DNA of 64,000 nucleotides from Octopus vulgaris (taxonomy: Eukaryota): assembly GCA_951406725.2 (NCBI GenBank), contig OX597814.1:166098001-166162000 (forward strand), given 5' to 3'. The translations under genes and the position numbers were made by a program. Each line of letters starts with the position of its first letter. The stretch's first letter is position 1. Positions 62,886 through 64,000 of this stretch are shown one piece after another. Under the pieces are notes generated by a model. The model worked only from the letters and a program-made list of their open reading frames with translations. It did not search any database and was not told the origin of the DNA.

Positions 62886-63914
62886 TCTCTATATATATAA
62901 AACTGAGAATGTGTGTCTGTCTGTCTGTCTGCCTGTGTGTTTCCCTAAAACTTGAGAACTACACAACCAATTTCATTCAAATTTTACACATGCCTTACTT
63001 AGGGTCCAGGGAGTGTCATCGGCAAAAAAAAATGTTCAACTTCTTGCCTAGAGCGAGCCCATAGCAATATCATATCTTCTCCACTATTTCAGTATTACGT
63101 GTTAAAAGTGAAACAAAAACATTTCTCTATTTCATGTCAGATACTTTCACTTTAACAATAAAAATAATAATAGCAATTGAATTATATGTAGTAAGTAATA
63201 ATTAAAATCAAACTAAAGTATAATATAATCACAACATAACAAAAGTAAAAATAGCAATTGGTATAAAATTGCATCAATGACTTGAACTTGAATAAGTGGT
63301 TTCACATGAATGGGAATAAATTAAACCTAAAATTAGCGTGCAGAAATGGAATAGTCCAGATGGATAATAAAAAATTAAATTAAAGAAAAGACTATTGTTT
63401 ATAAAGTATACAAAGTAGAAAAAAAAGAAGATTTGAACGCCTGGAGGAAAGCACCTTTGAAAAGTGTCTTGGTGCGACTATGAAAGATATCTAACCAGAG
63501 GCAGTAAATTCGCCACAATAGAAGCAAGGTTCGAGTCAACAGAGCGTGCAAGGGAGTACTCGACTCAAACATGCAAAGTGGAAATATTTTATTTTTACCT
63601 TTATATCTGGGACATAGGACGTGCCGGATGAAAATTAAAAATACCCCCTCCCCCAGAAGTTGAGGTAGGCTGGATTGTAGCCACACTTCTATACAAGAGG
63701 GAGGCCAAGATACAATTGATCGAAATTGCACGAGACGGCCTTACAATTCCAGTCTGTTTTATATTTTGAGTATTGTTATCACTAGCGATATCAAGATATA
63801 ACTTTGTATTTTGTATTTTATGTGTGGATGTATATATATAGATGTACATGTAATATGTACACATATATACATGCACTAGCACTATGACCCGGCAACGACA
63901 GGTCATAATACTAG
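62886..63914 (+). mobile_element. Non-autonomous Helitron with internal filler
   Basis: A|TCtctatatatataaa 5' end. 3' hairpin tatgacccggcaacgacaggtcata plus CTAG|T. Confidence 0.75.
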
Positions 63915-64000
63915 TATTATATAAAAAGTGAGTTGAAGATATAACGGAAGGGCATAAACAATTGGTAAAGATTTATAAATAGTTTCAAGTTATGATGAGA

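Overview
AT-rich, microsatellite- and transposon-dense animal genomic DNA. The SINE families and repeat texture suggest an octopus, but this is inference. One complete spliced gene can be assembled by hand on the + strand: NAT9-like GNAT acetyltransferase, 7 coding exons at 2857-36772, all GT-AG with consistent phases, 600 nt = 199 aa + stop, with a 19.5 kb first coding intron. Most of the six-frame ORF track is spurious. The rest is mobile DNA: two tRNA-derived SINE families, an RTE 3'-tail repeat, relics of CR1/L2-, RTE-, HERO-, R2- and R4/Dong-type LINEs, Penelope-like (PLE) relics, two solo LTRs, a decayed near full-length hAT, mariner/Tc1 relics, TTAA MITEs, non-autonomous Helitrons and large foldbacks. 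The most unusual signal is up to five type I hammerhead-ribozyme-like motifs. One lies in a two-copy, (TA)n-flanked foldback family with the catalytic core in the hairpin loop. Also notable are a PLE endonuclease 3' end followed by a tRNA-like module and a PTCD3-like fragment among PLE relics. All family assignments come from motif recognition by eye, not from database searches. Coordinates of degenerate repeats are approximate.
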